From positions 1,408,001 through 1,472,000 of the forward strand of contig OZ219866.1 in assembly GCA_964291675.2 (NCBI GenBank): a stretch of DNA of 64,000 nucleotides. Reading direction: 5' to 3'. This stretch comes from Alphaproteobacteria bacterium. Its GTDB lineage: Bacteria > Pseudomonadota > Alphaproteobacteria > MPNO01. Below the pieces are notes generated by a model, which was not told where the DNA came from, made no database searches, and saw only the letters and a list, made by a program, of their open reading frames with translations. Made by a program: the position numbers and the translations under genes. Below, one piece after another: positions 51,904-62,872 of the stretch (positions are counted from its first letter, which is position 1; each line of letters begins with the position of its first letter).

Positions 51904-52733
51904 CCGGCCAGCGCCCCGTCGATCGCGCCGCGGAAGCTCACCGCCACCGGCCCCGTCATGCTCACCCGGCCGTCCGCGGCCCAGGCGATCTCCAGCTTCC
52001 CGCCGTCGAGCTCGACCGTCGCGCGGCGGCCCGCCTTGCCGCGCCGGTGCGCCGCGACCAGCGCCGCGCAGGCCCCGGTGCCGCAGGCCATGGTGAGCCC
52101 GGCGCCGCGTTCCCACACCCGGAGCCGTATCCGGTCCGCGCCGCGCAGCTCGGCCACGCCGATATTGGCGCGTTCGGGGAAAAGCGCGTCGTGCTCCAGC
52201 GCCGGACCCAGCGCCGCGAGGTCCACCGCCTCGGCGTCGGCGACGAAGAAAACCGCGTGCGGGTTGCCCATGCTGACCGCGGCCGGGTCGGCGAGCGGGC
52301 CGCGCGCGAGCGGCAAATGCAGCGTGTCGCGGTCGGCGGCGAGCGGGATGTCGCGCCAGCCGAAGCGCGGCTCGCCCATGTCGACCGTGACCGCGAGCGG
52401 CCCCGCGCGGCTTGCACCGAGCGGTCCCGAAGCGGTCTCCAGCCGCACGCTGTCGCGCCCGGTCTCCGCCATCGCCATCCAGGCGACGCAGCGCGCCGCG
52501 TTGCCGCAGGCTTCCGCCTCGCCGCCATCCGCGTTGTGGATGGTGAAGGCCGCATCGGCCGACGCTTCGGCCGGCGGCCGCAGCACGATCAGCTGGTCGC
52601 AGCCGATACCGGTGCGCCGGTGCGCGATCGCGCGCACCTCTGCGGCGTCCGGCGCGAACGCGCGCCGCCTGGCGTCGACGATCACGAAATCGTTGCCGAG
52701 CCCGTGCATCTTGATGAATTCGGGTCCGTCCAT
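51900..52733 (-). CDS. dapF: Diaminopimelate epimerase
   Basis: KMHGLGNDF, ACGNA, MGNPH, ERGAG.T.ACGTG. Confidence 0.96.
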   Translation of the reverse strand: MDGPEFIKMHGLGNDFVIVDARRRAFAPDAAEVRAIAHRRTGIGCDQLIVLRPPAEASADAAFTIHNADGGEAEACGNAARCVAWMAMAETGRDSVRLETASGPLGASRAGPLAVTVDMGEPRFGWRDIPLAADRDTLHLPLARGPLADPAAVSMGNPHAVFFVADAEAVDLAALGPALEHDALFPERANIGVAELRGADRIRLRVWERGAGLTMACGTGACAALVAAHRRGKAGRRATVELDGGKLEIAWAADGRVSMTGPVAVSFRGAIDGALAG

Positions 52734-52837
52734 GGCGGGCGTAATATCGTGAGGATGGCCGGGAAGTCCAGAAATCCTGCGCTTTGCGCGCCCGGGTGCG
52801 CGGGATAGGCTCGGCTCCGCAACGACCGGATTGCGCC

Positions 52838-53329
52838 ATGGACGACTTCGCGCGGCTCTATCTGCGCCCCGACGACGCGCAGTTCGATGCGCGGTATCGG
52901 GCACGCTGCAAATGCGGCGCGGTCCGCTACGAGGTCGGCGCCGATCCGCTAAACGCCAAGATCTGCCACTGCACCCACTGCCAGCGGCGGCACGGCGCGC
53001 CGATGCAGTGGGCGGCGATCTTCCGCAAGGCCGACGTGCGGGTGCGCGCGGGCGCCGACCGGCTGCGCTTCTACAGCAGCGAGACCGATGCACCCGAGCG
53101 GGTGCTCCCCTGCCGGCTCGATTGCGGGCGCTGCGGCACCCCGATCGCGGACGAGGGGCGGCGCATGTGGCTCGCCTTCCCGGCGCTGTTCGATTTCGGC
53201 GACCCGCCCGCCGTGCCGGAGGCGTTCAGGCCGCGCTGCCACATCTTCTACGGCGCGCGGGTGCTCGACATCGACGACGCCCTGCCCAAATGGGCGGCGC
53301 ACGAGAACCGGTCGGCCCGGCTCGGGTGA
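52838..53329 (+). CDS. GFA/CENP-V family zinc protein
   Basis: CKCG, CHCTHC, CGRCG, HIFY. Confidence 0.88.
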   Translation: MDDFARLYLRPDDAQFDARYRARCKCGAVRYEVGADPLNAKICHCTHCQRRHGAPMQWAAIFRKADVRVRAGADRLRFYSSETDAPERVLPCRLDCGRCGTPIADEGRRMWLAFPALFDFGDPPAVPEAFRPRCHIFYGARVLDIDDALPKWAAHENRSARLG

Positions 53330-53346
53330 GGTTCGGCGCCGGCCGC

Positions 53347-53460
53347 TTACCGGTCCGACATCCGCGGCTTGCCGGCGAGACGCCACTCGATCTCGGCGCA
53401 GATGAAGGCGACGACGGCGCCGACCACCATGAAGCCGAGGATCAACAACAATTCGTTCAT
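53347..53460 (-). CDS. 37-aa single-TM small protein
   Basis: MNELLLILGFMVVGAVVAFICAEIEWRLAGKPRMSDR; purine-rich upstream sequence. Confidence 0.5.
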   Translation of the reverse strand: MNELLLILGFMVVGAVVAFICAEIEWRLAGKPRMSDR

Positions 53461-53578
53461 GCCGTGTCCCTTCCCGCTCGCGCCCACGATAGCGCATCGC
53501 CGCCGCCCCGGCCAAGGCCGGCTTGACACCCGGCAAGCCCCGGCCCGTTATTGATCCCGGAGCACGTGGGAGGCACGG

Positions 53579-55941
53579 GTGTATTTCGGCCGGAGGCTGA
53601 GGCGCCGCGAGGACGACAAGTTCCTCAAGGGGCGCGGGCGGTTCGTCGACGACATCGAGCCGGCCGGCACGGCGCATATCGCCTTCGCCCGCTCGCCGCA
53701 CGCCCATGCCCGCATCCGCTCCATCGATCCCGCGCCGGCCGAGGCCCTGCCGGGCGTGCTCCGGGTGCTGACCGCCGCCGACTGGCAGGCGGCCGGGCTC
53801 GGCGCGCTCACCTGCGTCCACCCGATGCCGTTCTCCGACGGCAGGCCGATGAACGAGGCGCTGCGCCCGGCGCTCGCCTCCGGCAAGGTCCACCATGTCG
53901 GCGACGTGGTCGCGGCGGTGGTCGCCGACGACCGCTACGCCGCGCTCGACGGCGCCGAGGCGGTCGCGGTCGACTACGAGGCCTTGCCAGCGGTCACCGA
54001 CATCGCGCGCAGCCTCGATGCCGACGCGCCGGTCCTGCACGAGCGCTTCGGCTCCAATCTGATCTTCGAGATCGAGCGCGGCGACCGGGCGGCGACGGCG
54101 GCGGTCTTCGACGCGGCGCATCACACGGTCGCGTTGACGCTCGATACCCAGCGCGTCGCCGGCAGCCCGCTCGAGCCCCGCGCCTATCTGTCGGCGTTCG
54201 ACGAGGCGACCGGGGACATCACCCTGTGGGCGACCAGCCAGACGCCGCACTACCTGCGCCGCTGGCTCGCCAAATACGCGCTCCACGTGCCCGAGCACAA
54301 GCTGCGGGTCATCTCGCCCGATGTCGGCGGCGGGTTCGGGCTGAAATGCCATTTCGCGGTCGAGGTCCCGACCGTGGTCTGGGCCTCGATACTGCTCGGG
54401 CGCCCGGTCAAGTGGACCTCGACCCGGGCCGAGGCGCTGATGTCCGATGCCCAGGCGCGCGACCACCATACGAAGGCCCGCATGGCGTTCGACCGGGACG
54501 GCAGGATCCTCGCGCTCGAAATCGACACCATCGCGGCGCTCGGGGCGTATCTCTCGAACTTCGCGCCGAGCATTCCGGGCAATTCCTACCCGCAGACGGT
54601 GACCGGTCTCTACACCACGCCGAACCTGCATCTGCGGGTGCGCGGCGCCTACACCAACACGGTGCCGATCGACGCCTATCGGGGGTCGGGCCGGCCGGAG
54701 GCGACCTTCGTCAACGAACGCCTGCTGGAGAACGGCGCGCGCGAGCTCGGCATCGACGTGGCCGAGATCCGCCGGCGCAACCTGATCCCGGCCGAGTCCT
54801 TCCCCTACACCACGCCGGTCGGGCGCGCCTACGATTGCGGCGACCCGCCGGCGCTGTTCGACAAGCTGCTCGCCATCGCCGACTACGAGGGGCTGCGCGC
54901 GGAGCGGCGCCGGCTGCGGCAACAGGGCGTCCGGATGGGGATCGGCATCGCCTGCTTCCTCGACAAGTCGGGTACCGGGTCGAGCCGCAACCTCGCCAGC
55001 CGGGGCGGCCTGCATGGCGGGTACGAGAGCGCCATCGTGCGCGTCCATTCGGACGGCAAGGCGACCGTCTTCGTCGGCTCGCACAGCCACGGCCAGGGCC
55101 ACGACACCACGTTCTGCCAGATCGCCGCCGACCGCCTTGGGCTCCCCATCGAGGACATAGCCCTGGTCGAGGGCGACACCGGCAGCATCCCCTTCGGCAA
55201 CGGCACCTGGGGGTCGCGCTCGCTCTCGGTCGGCGGGGTGGCGATCGTGAAGGCGGCCGACCGGGTGATCGACAAGGCGCGGCGGCTCGCGGCGCACATG
55301 CTCGAATGCGCCGAGGAGGATCTGCTCTACGCGGACGCGACCTTCTCGGTGCGCGGCACCGACCGCCTTCTCGGCTTCGAAGACGTGGCCGACGCCGCCT
55401 ATCACGGGGCGGTGCTGCCGGCCGACGGCTCGATGGAGCCCGGGCTCGAGGAGACCGTGTTCTACGAGCCGCCCGACACCAACGACCCGCAGGCGATGCA
55501 CCTCGCCGTGGTCCTCGTCGAGCCGCGATCGGGCAAGGTGACGGTGCGCGACTACTTCACCGCCGACGATTGCGGCAACATCGTCAACCCGCTGATCGTC
55601 GAGGGGCAGGTGGTCGGCGGGCTCGCCCAGGGGCTCGGCCAGGCGCTGATGGAGCGCGTGGTCTATGACCAGGGCGCGGCGGGCCAGCTGTTCTCCGGCA
55701 CGCTGATGGACTATGCCCTGCCGCGCGCCTCCGACATGCCGGGGGTGCGGATGACCTTCCAGGAGACCCCGGCGCCGTCCAACCCGCTCGGCGTCAAGGG
55801 CGGCAGCGAGACCGGCACCATCGGCGCGCCGGCGGCGATCGGCAACGCGGTCGTCGATGCGCTGTGGGATCTCGGAGTCCGCCACGTGCGCCAGCCCTTC
55901 ACCCCCGACGCGGTGTGGCAGGCGCTGGAGGAGGCCGCCGA

Positions 55942-55945
<4 letters not shown>
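53579..55945 (+). CDS. Xanthine dehydrogenase-family molybdopterin subunit (CoxL-like)
   Basis: [32 protein letters not shown]. Confidence 0.92.
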
Positions 55946-56411
<466 letters not shown>

Positions 56412-56412
<1 letters not shown>

Positions 56413-57209
56413 TGCACCCCTACCGCTACCACCGCCCCGGCAATCCCGCCGACGCCGAGGAGGTTCTCGCCGGGGACGGGGACCGGCGCCCGCTGGCCGG
56501 CGGGATGAGCCTGATCCCGGTGATGAAGCACCGCCTGGCGGCGCCGTCGGACCTGGTCGACCTGGCCGAGATCGGCGGCCTGACCGGCATCACCGTCGAG
56601 CCCGCGACGCTCGCCGTCCGCGCGATGACCCGGCACGCGGCGGTGGCGGCCTCGCCGTCGGTCAAGGAGAGAATCCCGGCGCTCGCCACGCTCGCCGGCG
56701 GGATCGGCGATCCGCTGGTGCGCAACCGGGGGACCATCGGCGGCTCGCTCGCCAACAACGACCCCGCCGCCTGCTACCCCTCGGCGGTGCTGGCGCTCGA
56801 CGCGGAGATCGTCACGACCCGGCGGCGGATCGCGGCCGGCGGCTTCTTCGCCGGCATGTTCGAGACCGCGCTGGAGCCGGGCGAGCTGATCGTCGAGGTG
56901 CGGTTCCCGGTCCCCGCGGCCGCGAGCTACCGCAAGTTCCCCAACCCGGCGTCGCGGTTCTCCATCGTCGGGGTGTTCGTCGCCCGCCTCGTCGACGGCG
57001 CCGTGCGGGTGGCGGTCACCGGCGCCGGACCCTGCGTGTTCCGCATGCAGGCGTTCGAGCGCGCGCTCGCCGCCTCGTTCGACCCCGGCGCCCTTGCGGA
57101 GCATACGGTTGCGGCCGACGGGCTTACCTCCGACATCCACGGCAGCGCCGAGTACCGCGCGCATCTCATCAAGGTGCTGACCGAGGACGCGGTCGCCGAC
57201 TGCCTCTGA
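56412..57209 (+). CDS. FAD-binding subunit (CoxM-like)
   Basis: AGGMSL, RNRGTIGGS.A.NDP. Confidence 0.92.
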
Positions 57210-57217
57210 GCCGGGAG

Positions 57218-57330
57218 GCGCCCCTCGATACGGCGCTGACGCGCCTACTCGGGATGAGGAGGGGCCTTGAGCCGCCCCGCGCAACCCTCACCCTGAGTAG
57301 CCCGCCGAAGGCGGGCGTATCGAAGGGCGC
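57218..57330. repeat. Palindromic REP-like element, family 2
   Basis: CGATACGGCGCTGACGCGCCTACTCGGGATGAGG ... CCTCACCCTGAGTAG..GCGTATCG. Confidence 0.8.
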
Positions 57331-57398
57331 GCCGGCGGTTCCGTCGAGGCCGGCTACGGACTAGACTCCGGCGGCTGGAGACATCGGGGGCCGACGCG

Positions 57399-58652
57399 AT
57401 GGACCGTCCCGGCTTCGATCGCATTCCCTACGCCTGGTATCGCGACGAGGCGCTGTACCGCCGCGAGATCGAGCGCATCTTCGAGGGCGAGACCTGGTGC
57501 TTCCTCGGGCTCGAAGCCGAAATTCCGAACCCGGGGGATTTCCGCCGCACCGTCATCGGCGAGGCGCCCGTCGTCTACAACCGGGCGCAGGACGGGCGGG
57601 TCCATGCCTTCGTCAACCGCTGCTCGCATCGTGGCGCGCTGATCCAGCGCGAGAATTTCGGCAACGTTTCCGCCCATGTCTGCCTCTACCACAGCTGGAC
57701 ATACGATCTGGCGGGCGATCTGGTCGCGGTTCCCCACCGTCACGGGGTCGGCGGCAGCCCGGGCATGCCGGACGATTTCGACATGGCCTGCCACGGGCTG
57801 AGGAAGCTCCGGGTCGACGGCGTCGACGGCGCCCTGTTCGCCACCTTCTCGGACAGCGTCGAGCCGCTCAGGGACTATCTCGGCCCGACCCACGTGGCCC
57901 ACTTGCAGCGCCTGTTCCGCGGCCCCGTCCGGGTGCTCGGCTACCAGCGCCAGTCGGTGCGCGGCAACTGGAAGGCCTATCTGGAGAACGTGCGCGACCA
58001 CTACCACGGCGCGCTGCTGCACGGCTTCCAGAGTACCTTCGGGATCAACCGCTCGACCCACGATTGCGGCTCGCGGATGGACCCGAAGCGCCGCCACAGC
58101 CTGCTGTTCGTCCGCCAGCCGCCGGAGGAGTACGAGAACGCGCCGCCGCCCGCGCTCGATCCGGGGCCGCCGCTTCCCCTCGCCGAGGCGGCGGAGGGTT
58201 CGCGGCTCTCGCTGCAGGATCCGCGGCTGCTCCACTTCGCGCGCGAGTTCGACGACGACCGCTCGACCACGATGTGCTCGATCTTCCCCAACAGCACCTT
58301 CCAGCAGATCCGCAACGCGCTCGCCGCCCGCCAGATCCGCCCGAAGGGGCCGGGCGCCTTCGACCTCGTCTTCACCATCTTCGGCTATCGGGACGACAGC
58401 GCCGAGATGACGGCGCACCGGCTGCGCCAGGCCAACATGGCCGGCCCCGCCGGCTATGTCTCGCTGGAGGACGCCGAGGCCCTCGAAGCCTGCCAGTCCG
58501 GCCACCGCGCCGGTGGGCCTGGGAATTCGGTGGTCGAGATGGGCGGGCGCGGGCCGATCCGGGACGGCGACCAAAAGCTCGACGACGTGATGATCCGCGG
58601 CTTCTGGTCCTATTACTGCGAGATCATGGGCCTCGACCCGCGCGAGGGTTGA
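57399..58652 (+). CDS. Ring-hydroxylating oxygenase alpha subunit (NagG/salicylate 5-hydroxylase-like)
   Basis: NRCSHRG..CLYH, ENVRDHYHGALLH, GPAGYVSLED. Confidence 0.9.
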   Translation: MDRPGFDRIPYAWYRDEALYRREIERIFEGETWCFLGLEAEIPNPGDFRRTVIGEAPVVYNRAQDGRVHAFVNRCSHRGALIQRENFGNVSAHVCLYHSWTYDLAGDLVAVPHRHGVGGSPGMPDDFDMACHGLRKLRVDGVDGALFATFSDSVEPLRDYLGPTHVAHLQRLFRGPVRVLGYQRQSVRGNWKAYLENVRDHYHGALLHGFQSTFGINRSTHDCGSRMDPKRRHSLLFVRQPPEEYENAPPPALDPGPPLPLAEAAEGSRLSLQDPRLLHFAREFDDDRSTTMCSIFPNSTFQQIRNALAARQIRPKGPGAFDLVFTIFGYRDDSAEMTAHRLRQANMAGPAGYVSLEDAEALEACQSGHRAGGPGNSVVEMGGRGPIRDGDQKLDDVMIRGFWSYYCEIMGLDPREG

Positions 58653-58655
58653 GCG

Positions 58656-59123
58656 GTGGATGTCGCGCTGCGCCTGCAAGTGGAAGCCCTGATCGCCGAG
58701 GCCTCGGCGGCGCTCGACAACGAGGACTACCAGGCCTGGCTCGATCTGTTCCACGACGAGAGCGCGTACCGCATCGTGCCGCTGGAAAACCTCCGCCAGG
58801 GCCTGCCCGGCAGCGTGATGCTGTGCGAGACCAAGAAGGCGCTGAGCGATCGCATCGTCTCGCTCCTCAGGGCCAACACCTACAACCCGCACAGCGCGCG
58901 CCGCATCACCGGCCCGCCGAGGATTACGGCCTCCGGCGGCCCGATCGGGGCGGAGACCGCTTACGCCCTCTACCAGACCGATGTCGAGGGCGTCTCGCGG
59001 CTGTTCGCGGTCGGCTGCTACCGCGACACCATCGGGGCGTTCGGGGACACGCTCAAATTTCTCGACCGCATCGTCGTCCTCGACAGCTTCGCCATCCCCA
59101 CCCTGCTCGCCAAGCCGATCTGA
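58656..59123 (+). CDS. Ring-hydroxylating oxygenase beta subunit
   Basis: LD....W...F, DRI, GCYRD, LAKPI. Confidence 0.88.
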   Translation: MDVALRLQVEALIAEASAALDNEDYQAWLDLFHDESAYRIVPLENLRQGLPGSVMLCETKKALSDRIVSLLRANTYNPHSARRITGPPRITASGGPIGAETAYALYQTDVEGVSRLFAVGCYRDTIGAFGDTLKFLDRIVVLDSFAIPTLLAKPI

Positions 59124-59246
59124 GGCGGGCTTCCCGCCGGCCGCGCATTCTCCCCTTGGGGGAGACCGCAATCCTGCTACAATTTCCAGTTGTGGAACGG
59201 GCAGCCCGGCGCCGGTCGTGCCGGCGGCTCAAAGGGGGAAAGCATC

Positions 59247-59873
59247 ATGATCCGACTTCGGCACTGGCCGCTTCTCTGCCTGCTCGGGCTCGCACTCGCC
59301 GCGCCGGCCGACCGGGCGAAGGCCCAGGACGGCAACGGCGGCTACTACGCGAGCGCAATCGGGATGTTCCTCTTGCCGCTGGACTCCGAATGGAGCGAAG
59401 ACATCGCGGGCATCGAGTTCACGTCCGACCTCGGCACGGAGAACGGGGTTGGCGTCCTCGGGGCCCTGGGCTACAGCCTGGATATCGGGCTGCGGGGCGA
59501 AGTCGAGCTGGGCTATCGCAGATTCGGCCTCGACGAGCTCGAGGGAGACGAGGTCGATGGCATGTTCGACACCGTCAGCTTGATGACGAACGGGTTCTAC
59601 GACTTCGATCTCGGGCGGCTACGCCCCTATGTCGGCGGCGGCGTCGGTGCGGCGCGGCACGAGCTGGACATCGATTTGCCGCAGTCGAGAGAGACGGGAG
59701 CCACGATGGTACTGGCCTACCAGGCCATGTCCGGCCTCGGCTACTCTGTATCGGACAGCATCGACATCCATCTGGGGTACCGCTATTTCGGCACGACCGC
59801 GGGCGATTTCGGCGTCCCCAGCGTCACCTACGGCACGCACAGCTTCGAAGCCGGCATCCGGTTCCGCTATTGA
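59247..59873 (+). CDS. Outer-membrane 8-strand beta-barrel protein
   Basis: Signal peptide; MTNGFYDF, PYVGGGVG, GYRYF; terminal aromatic residue. Confidence 0.85.
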   Translation: MIRLRHWPLLCLLGLALAAPADRAKAQDGNGGYYASAIGMFLLPLDSEWSEDIAGIEFTSDLGTENGVGVLGALGYSLDIGLRGEVELGYRRFGLDELEGDEVDGMFDTVSLMTNGFYDFDLGRLRPYVGGGVGAARHELDIDLPQSRETGATMVLAYQAMSGLGYSVSDSIDIHLGYRYFGTTAGDFGVPSVTYGTHSFEAGIRFRY

Positions 59874-59965
59874 CCCCCGGCACGCCTTTTCTTGCCGGGG
59901 AAAACCGCCGGTGCTAGCGTCGTGCCGGCGCGCCCGGGGGCGGGCGGCAAAGGGCGGAGGAAACG

Positions 59966-61003
59966 ATGGCGACGGATTCCGACGTGGTCGCGTTGTTCAG
60001 GAGGGAGCTCGAGCTCTGCGATGTGGGCCCGGGGACCAGCCTCGCCGTGTTCTCGGAAGGCGACGTGCGGGCGGAGCACGCGAGGGCGTTCCTCGCCGCC
60101 GCGTCCGAGCTCGAGGCCGATGCCTTCCAGGTCAATATCAGGAAGAAGCCCGGCAGCTTCTTCGGCCCGGGCAACTCGCTCAAGGGCAACGCGCCCGCGA
60201 TGGCGGCGCTGAAACGGGTCGACATTGTGGTCGACCTCGTCGGGCTGCTGTGGTCGAAGGAGCAGACCGAGATCACCGATGCCGGCCCGCGCATGCTGCT
60301 GGTGATCGAGCCGATCGAGGTGCTGCAGCGCATGGTGTCGAACCCCGGCGACCGCAGGCGGGTGGAGGCGGGCTCGGCCCGGCTGGCCGGGGCGAAGGAG
60401 CTCCGCATCACCTCGCCCGGCGGCACCGACGTCACCTACCGGCTCGGCGACTACCGGATCGGCGAGCAGTACGGCTATACCGACGAGCCCGGGCGCTGGG
60501 ACCACTGGCCGGGTGTGTTCCTCTACACCGCGGCGGTGGAGGAGGGTGTCGACGGCACCGTGGTGATCGACACCGGCGACCAGCTGCTGCTGCCGACGAT
60601 GCGCTATGTCGTCGACCCGATCACCCTCACCGTCGAGCGCGGCATGATCGCCGACATCGCCGGCGACGGGCTCGACGCCGAGCTGCTGCGGAGTTTTATG
60701 GCAAGCTACGACGACCCGCGGGCCTACGCGATCTCGCATATCGGCTGGGGGCTCGATCCGCGGGCGCGCTGGGACTTCATGGGCACCGACCCGGCCGCCG
60801 CGAACTCCACCGGCCAGGACGGGCGCGCGTTCTACGGCAACGTGCTGTTCTCCACCGGCCCCAACACCGAGGTCGGCGGCGACAACGACACGCTGTGCCA
60901 TATCGACATCCCGCTCAAGGGCTGCACGCTGACGCTGGACGGCGAGAGCATCGTCGAGAACGGGCGCATCGTGCCGGACGACATGCGCATCGAGGGGCGC
61001 TGA
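59966..61003 (+). CDS. 2,5-dihydroxypyridine 5,6-dioxygenase-like (NicX family)
   Basis: EPGRWDHWP, SHIGWG, FSTGPN, CHIDIP (His/His/Asp triad pattern). Confidence 0.8.
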   Translation: MATDSDVVALFRRELELCDVGPGTSLAVFSEGDVRAEHARAFLAAASELEADAFQVNIRKKPGSFFGPGNSLKGNAPAMAALKRVDIVVDLVGLLWSKEQTEITDAGPRMLLVIEPIEVLQRMVSNPGDRRRVEAGSARLAGAKELRITSPGGTDVTYRLGDYRIGEQYGYTDEPGRWDHWPGVFLYTAAVEEGVDGTVVIDTGDQLLLPTMRYVVDPITLTVERGMIADIAGDGLDAELLRSFMASYDDPRAYAISHIGWGLDPRARWDFMGTDPAAANSTGQDGRAFYGNVLFSTGPNTEVGGDNDTLCHIDIPLKGCTLTLDGESIVENGRIVPDDMRIEGR

Positions 61004-61010
61004 CCGCGCC

Positions 61011-61934
61011 CTAACCCAGGGAGAGCCTCGCCAGAAACCCCTCCAGCGCGGCGTGGCAGGCGTCGGGGCGCTCGATCTGGAGCAGGTGGCTGGTGTCGGC
61101 GATCGGCGTCCAGGCGATGCCGTGGTCTTCCCGCATCGCCCGCCCGACCTTGCCGGGGGCGAGCGCGCCGGGGGCGTCGGGATCGGACGAGATGAAGACC
61201 AGCGGCCCGGCGAGCTCGCCGAGGCGCGGGCAGAGGTCGAGCCCGGCATTGGTGCGGTAGACCCGGGACTCGCCCTCGCGCGGGCAGCACAGGACCACGC
61301 CTCCCTCCGGGTCTTCGCGGGTGATCGCGCGCGCCATCAGCGCGTGCGCGCCCTCGACCCAGCGGGCCAGGCTCTTCGACCGGGCGAAGCGCGCGGCGAG
61401 CTCCATCGCGTCGGCGAAGCGGTCGGGCCGCGACGCCGCCCAGTCGGCGAGGCCGAGCTCGAAGCCCCGCGCCACCTCATGCGCCCGGTGGCCGGGCGAG
61501 GGGATCAGCGGCGGGTCGAACAGCGCCAGCGCGTCCCAGCGCCAGCCATGATCGAGCGCATGCCAGATCGCGGTGACCGCCGAGATCGAGTGGAACACGC
61601 CGACCGTCGGCTTGGCGCCGAAATGCGCCGGGATCAGCTCGACCAGCCGGTCCATGTCGGCGACGAAGGCGGGCACGTCGTGGCGCCCGACCTCGTGGCG
61701 CGGGTTGCGGCCGTGGTTGCGCTGGTCGTAGATCGCGAGATCGTAGCGCTCCGCGAGCAGGCGCCAGAACGGGTAATAGGCGTCGATGGCGAAGCCGTTG
61801 CCATGCGCCATCACCAGCCGGGGTCCGGCGGGGTTGCCGTGCCGGCGCACCCGGATGACGGCGCCGTCCTGCATCTCCGCGTCGAACGAGGCGGCCGGTT
61901 CTGGGACGCGGAATATGTCGGGCGGCGCGGTCAT
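61011..61934 (-). CDS. Alpha/beta hydrolase
   Basis: HGNGF, DQRNHG, FHSIS, SHLLQIE. Confidence 0.85.
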   Translation of the reverse strand: MTAPPDIFRVPEPAASFDAEMQDGAVIRVRRHGNPAGPRLVMAHGNGFAIDAYYPFWRLLAERYDLAIYDQRNHGRNPRHEVGRHDVPAFVADMDRLVELIPAHFGAKPTVGVFHSISAVTAIWHALDHGWRWDALALFDPPLIPSPGHRAHEVARGFELGLADWAASRPDRFADAMELAARFARSKSLARWVEGAHALMARAITREDPEGGVVLCCPREGESRVYRTNAGLDLCPRLGELAGPLVFISSDPDAPGALAPGKVGRAMREDHGIAWTPIADTSHLLQIERPDACHAALEGFLARLSLG

Positions 61935-62872
61935 GGGGCGAGTCCGTGTTCGGCGAGGAAGCTCTCCACCAGCGCGAAGCAGCGCTCGGGCTCTTCGAGC
62001 TGCAGCAGATGGCTGGTATCGGGCACGCAGGCGTAGTCGATGCCGTGGGTCTTGCAGAACTTCGCGCAGCAGGGCGCGGTGATCGGCGCATCCGCCGGCT
62101 CCGGGTCCGCTCCCACGATCAGGAGCGGGCGCTCGGGCCGGCCGGCCAGCTGCCAGATCGGCAGCGTCGCGACCTCCGTATAGAGGTCCGCCTCGACCGG
62201 CCCCGGGCAGCAGAGCAGCCAGTCCCCGGCCGCGGCATCGAAGCGCAGCGTCGAGGCCGCGATCAGCTCTGCTACCCCCCTCCTGAGGCGGCGGAACCGG
62301 TGCAGATAGCGGTACACGTCGGCGATCTCGTCGGGGTCGGAAAACCGGTTCTTGCGGATCAGGGCCGCGTTGCGCAGCGTCTCGGCCTCGGCCAGCAACC
62401 GTGCGCGCAAGGGGTCGCCCTCGGGCGGCGCCACCGGCGGGTCGAACAGCACCAGCGCATCCCAGTGCCAGACGCCGTCGACGACCGCGAGCAGCGCGGC
62501 GACCGCCGACATCGAATGGAACACGCCGATGGTGGTCTTCTCGCCCCATTCCCGGGCAATCGCCGGGTGGATCGCCGCGTTGTCGCCCGCGAAGCGGCGA
62601 TAGTCGTGCGGTTGCGCCGCATGGAACGGGTTGCGCCCGCAATTTCGGAAATCGAAAAGCACCAGGTCGAAGCGTTGCAGCATCGGCCGCCAGAACGGGA
62701 AGTAGGCATCGCTCGCGAAGCCGTTGCCGTGGCTCAGCACGATGCGCGGCCCGGACGGGTTGCCGTGGCGCAGAACGCGGATCGGCGCGCTGTCGTCCAT
62801 CGCCAGGTCGAGCGCGGCCGAAGGCTGCGGCAGGACGAACCCGGCCGCGTCCGAGGGGGCGGGCGCCGTCAC
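61931..62872 (-). CDS. Alpha/beta hydrolase, tandem paralog
   Basis: HGNGF, DFRNCG, FHSMS, SHLLQLE. Confidence 0.85.
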   Translation of the reverse strand: MTAPAPSDAAGFVLPQPSAALDLAMDDSAPIRVLRHGNPSGPRIVLSHGNGFASDAYFPFWRPMLQRFDLVLFDFRNCGRNPFHAAQPHDYRRFAGDNAAIHPAIAREWGEKTTIGVFHSMSAVAALLAVVDGVWHWDALVLFDPPVAPPEGDPLRARLLAEAETLRNAALIRKNRFSDPDEIADVYRYLHRFRRLRRGVAELIAASTLRFDAAAGDWLLCCPGPVEADLYTEVATLPIWQLAGRPERPLLIVGADPEPADAPITAPCCAKFCKTHGIDYACVPDTSHLLQLEEPERCFALVESFLAEHGLAP

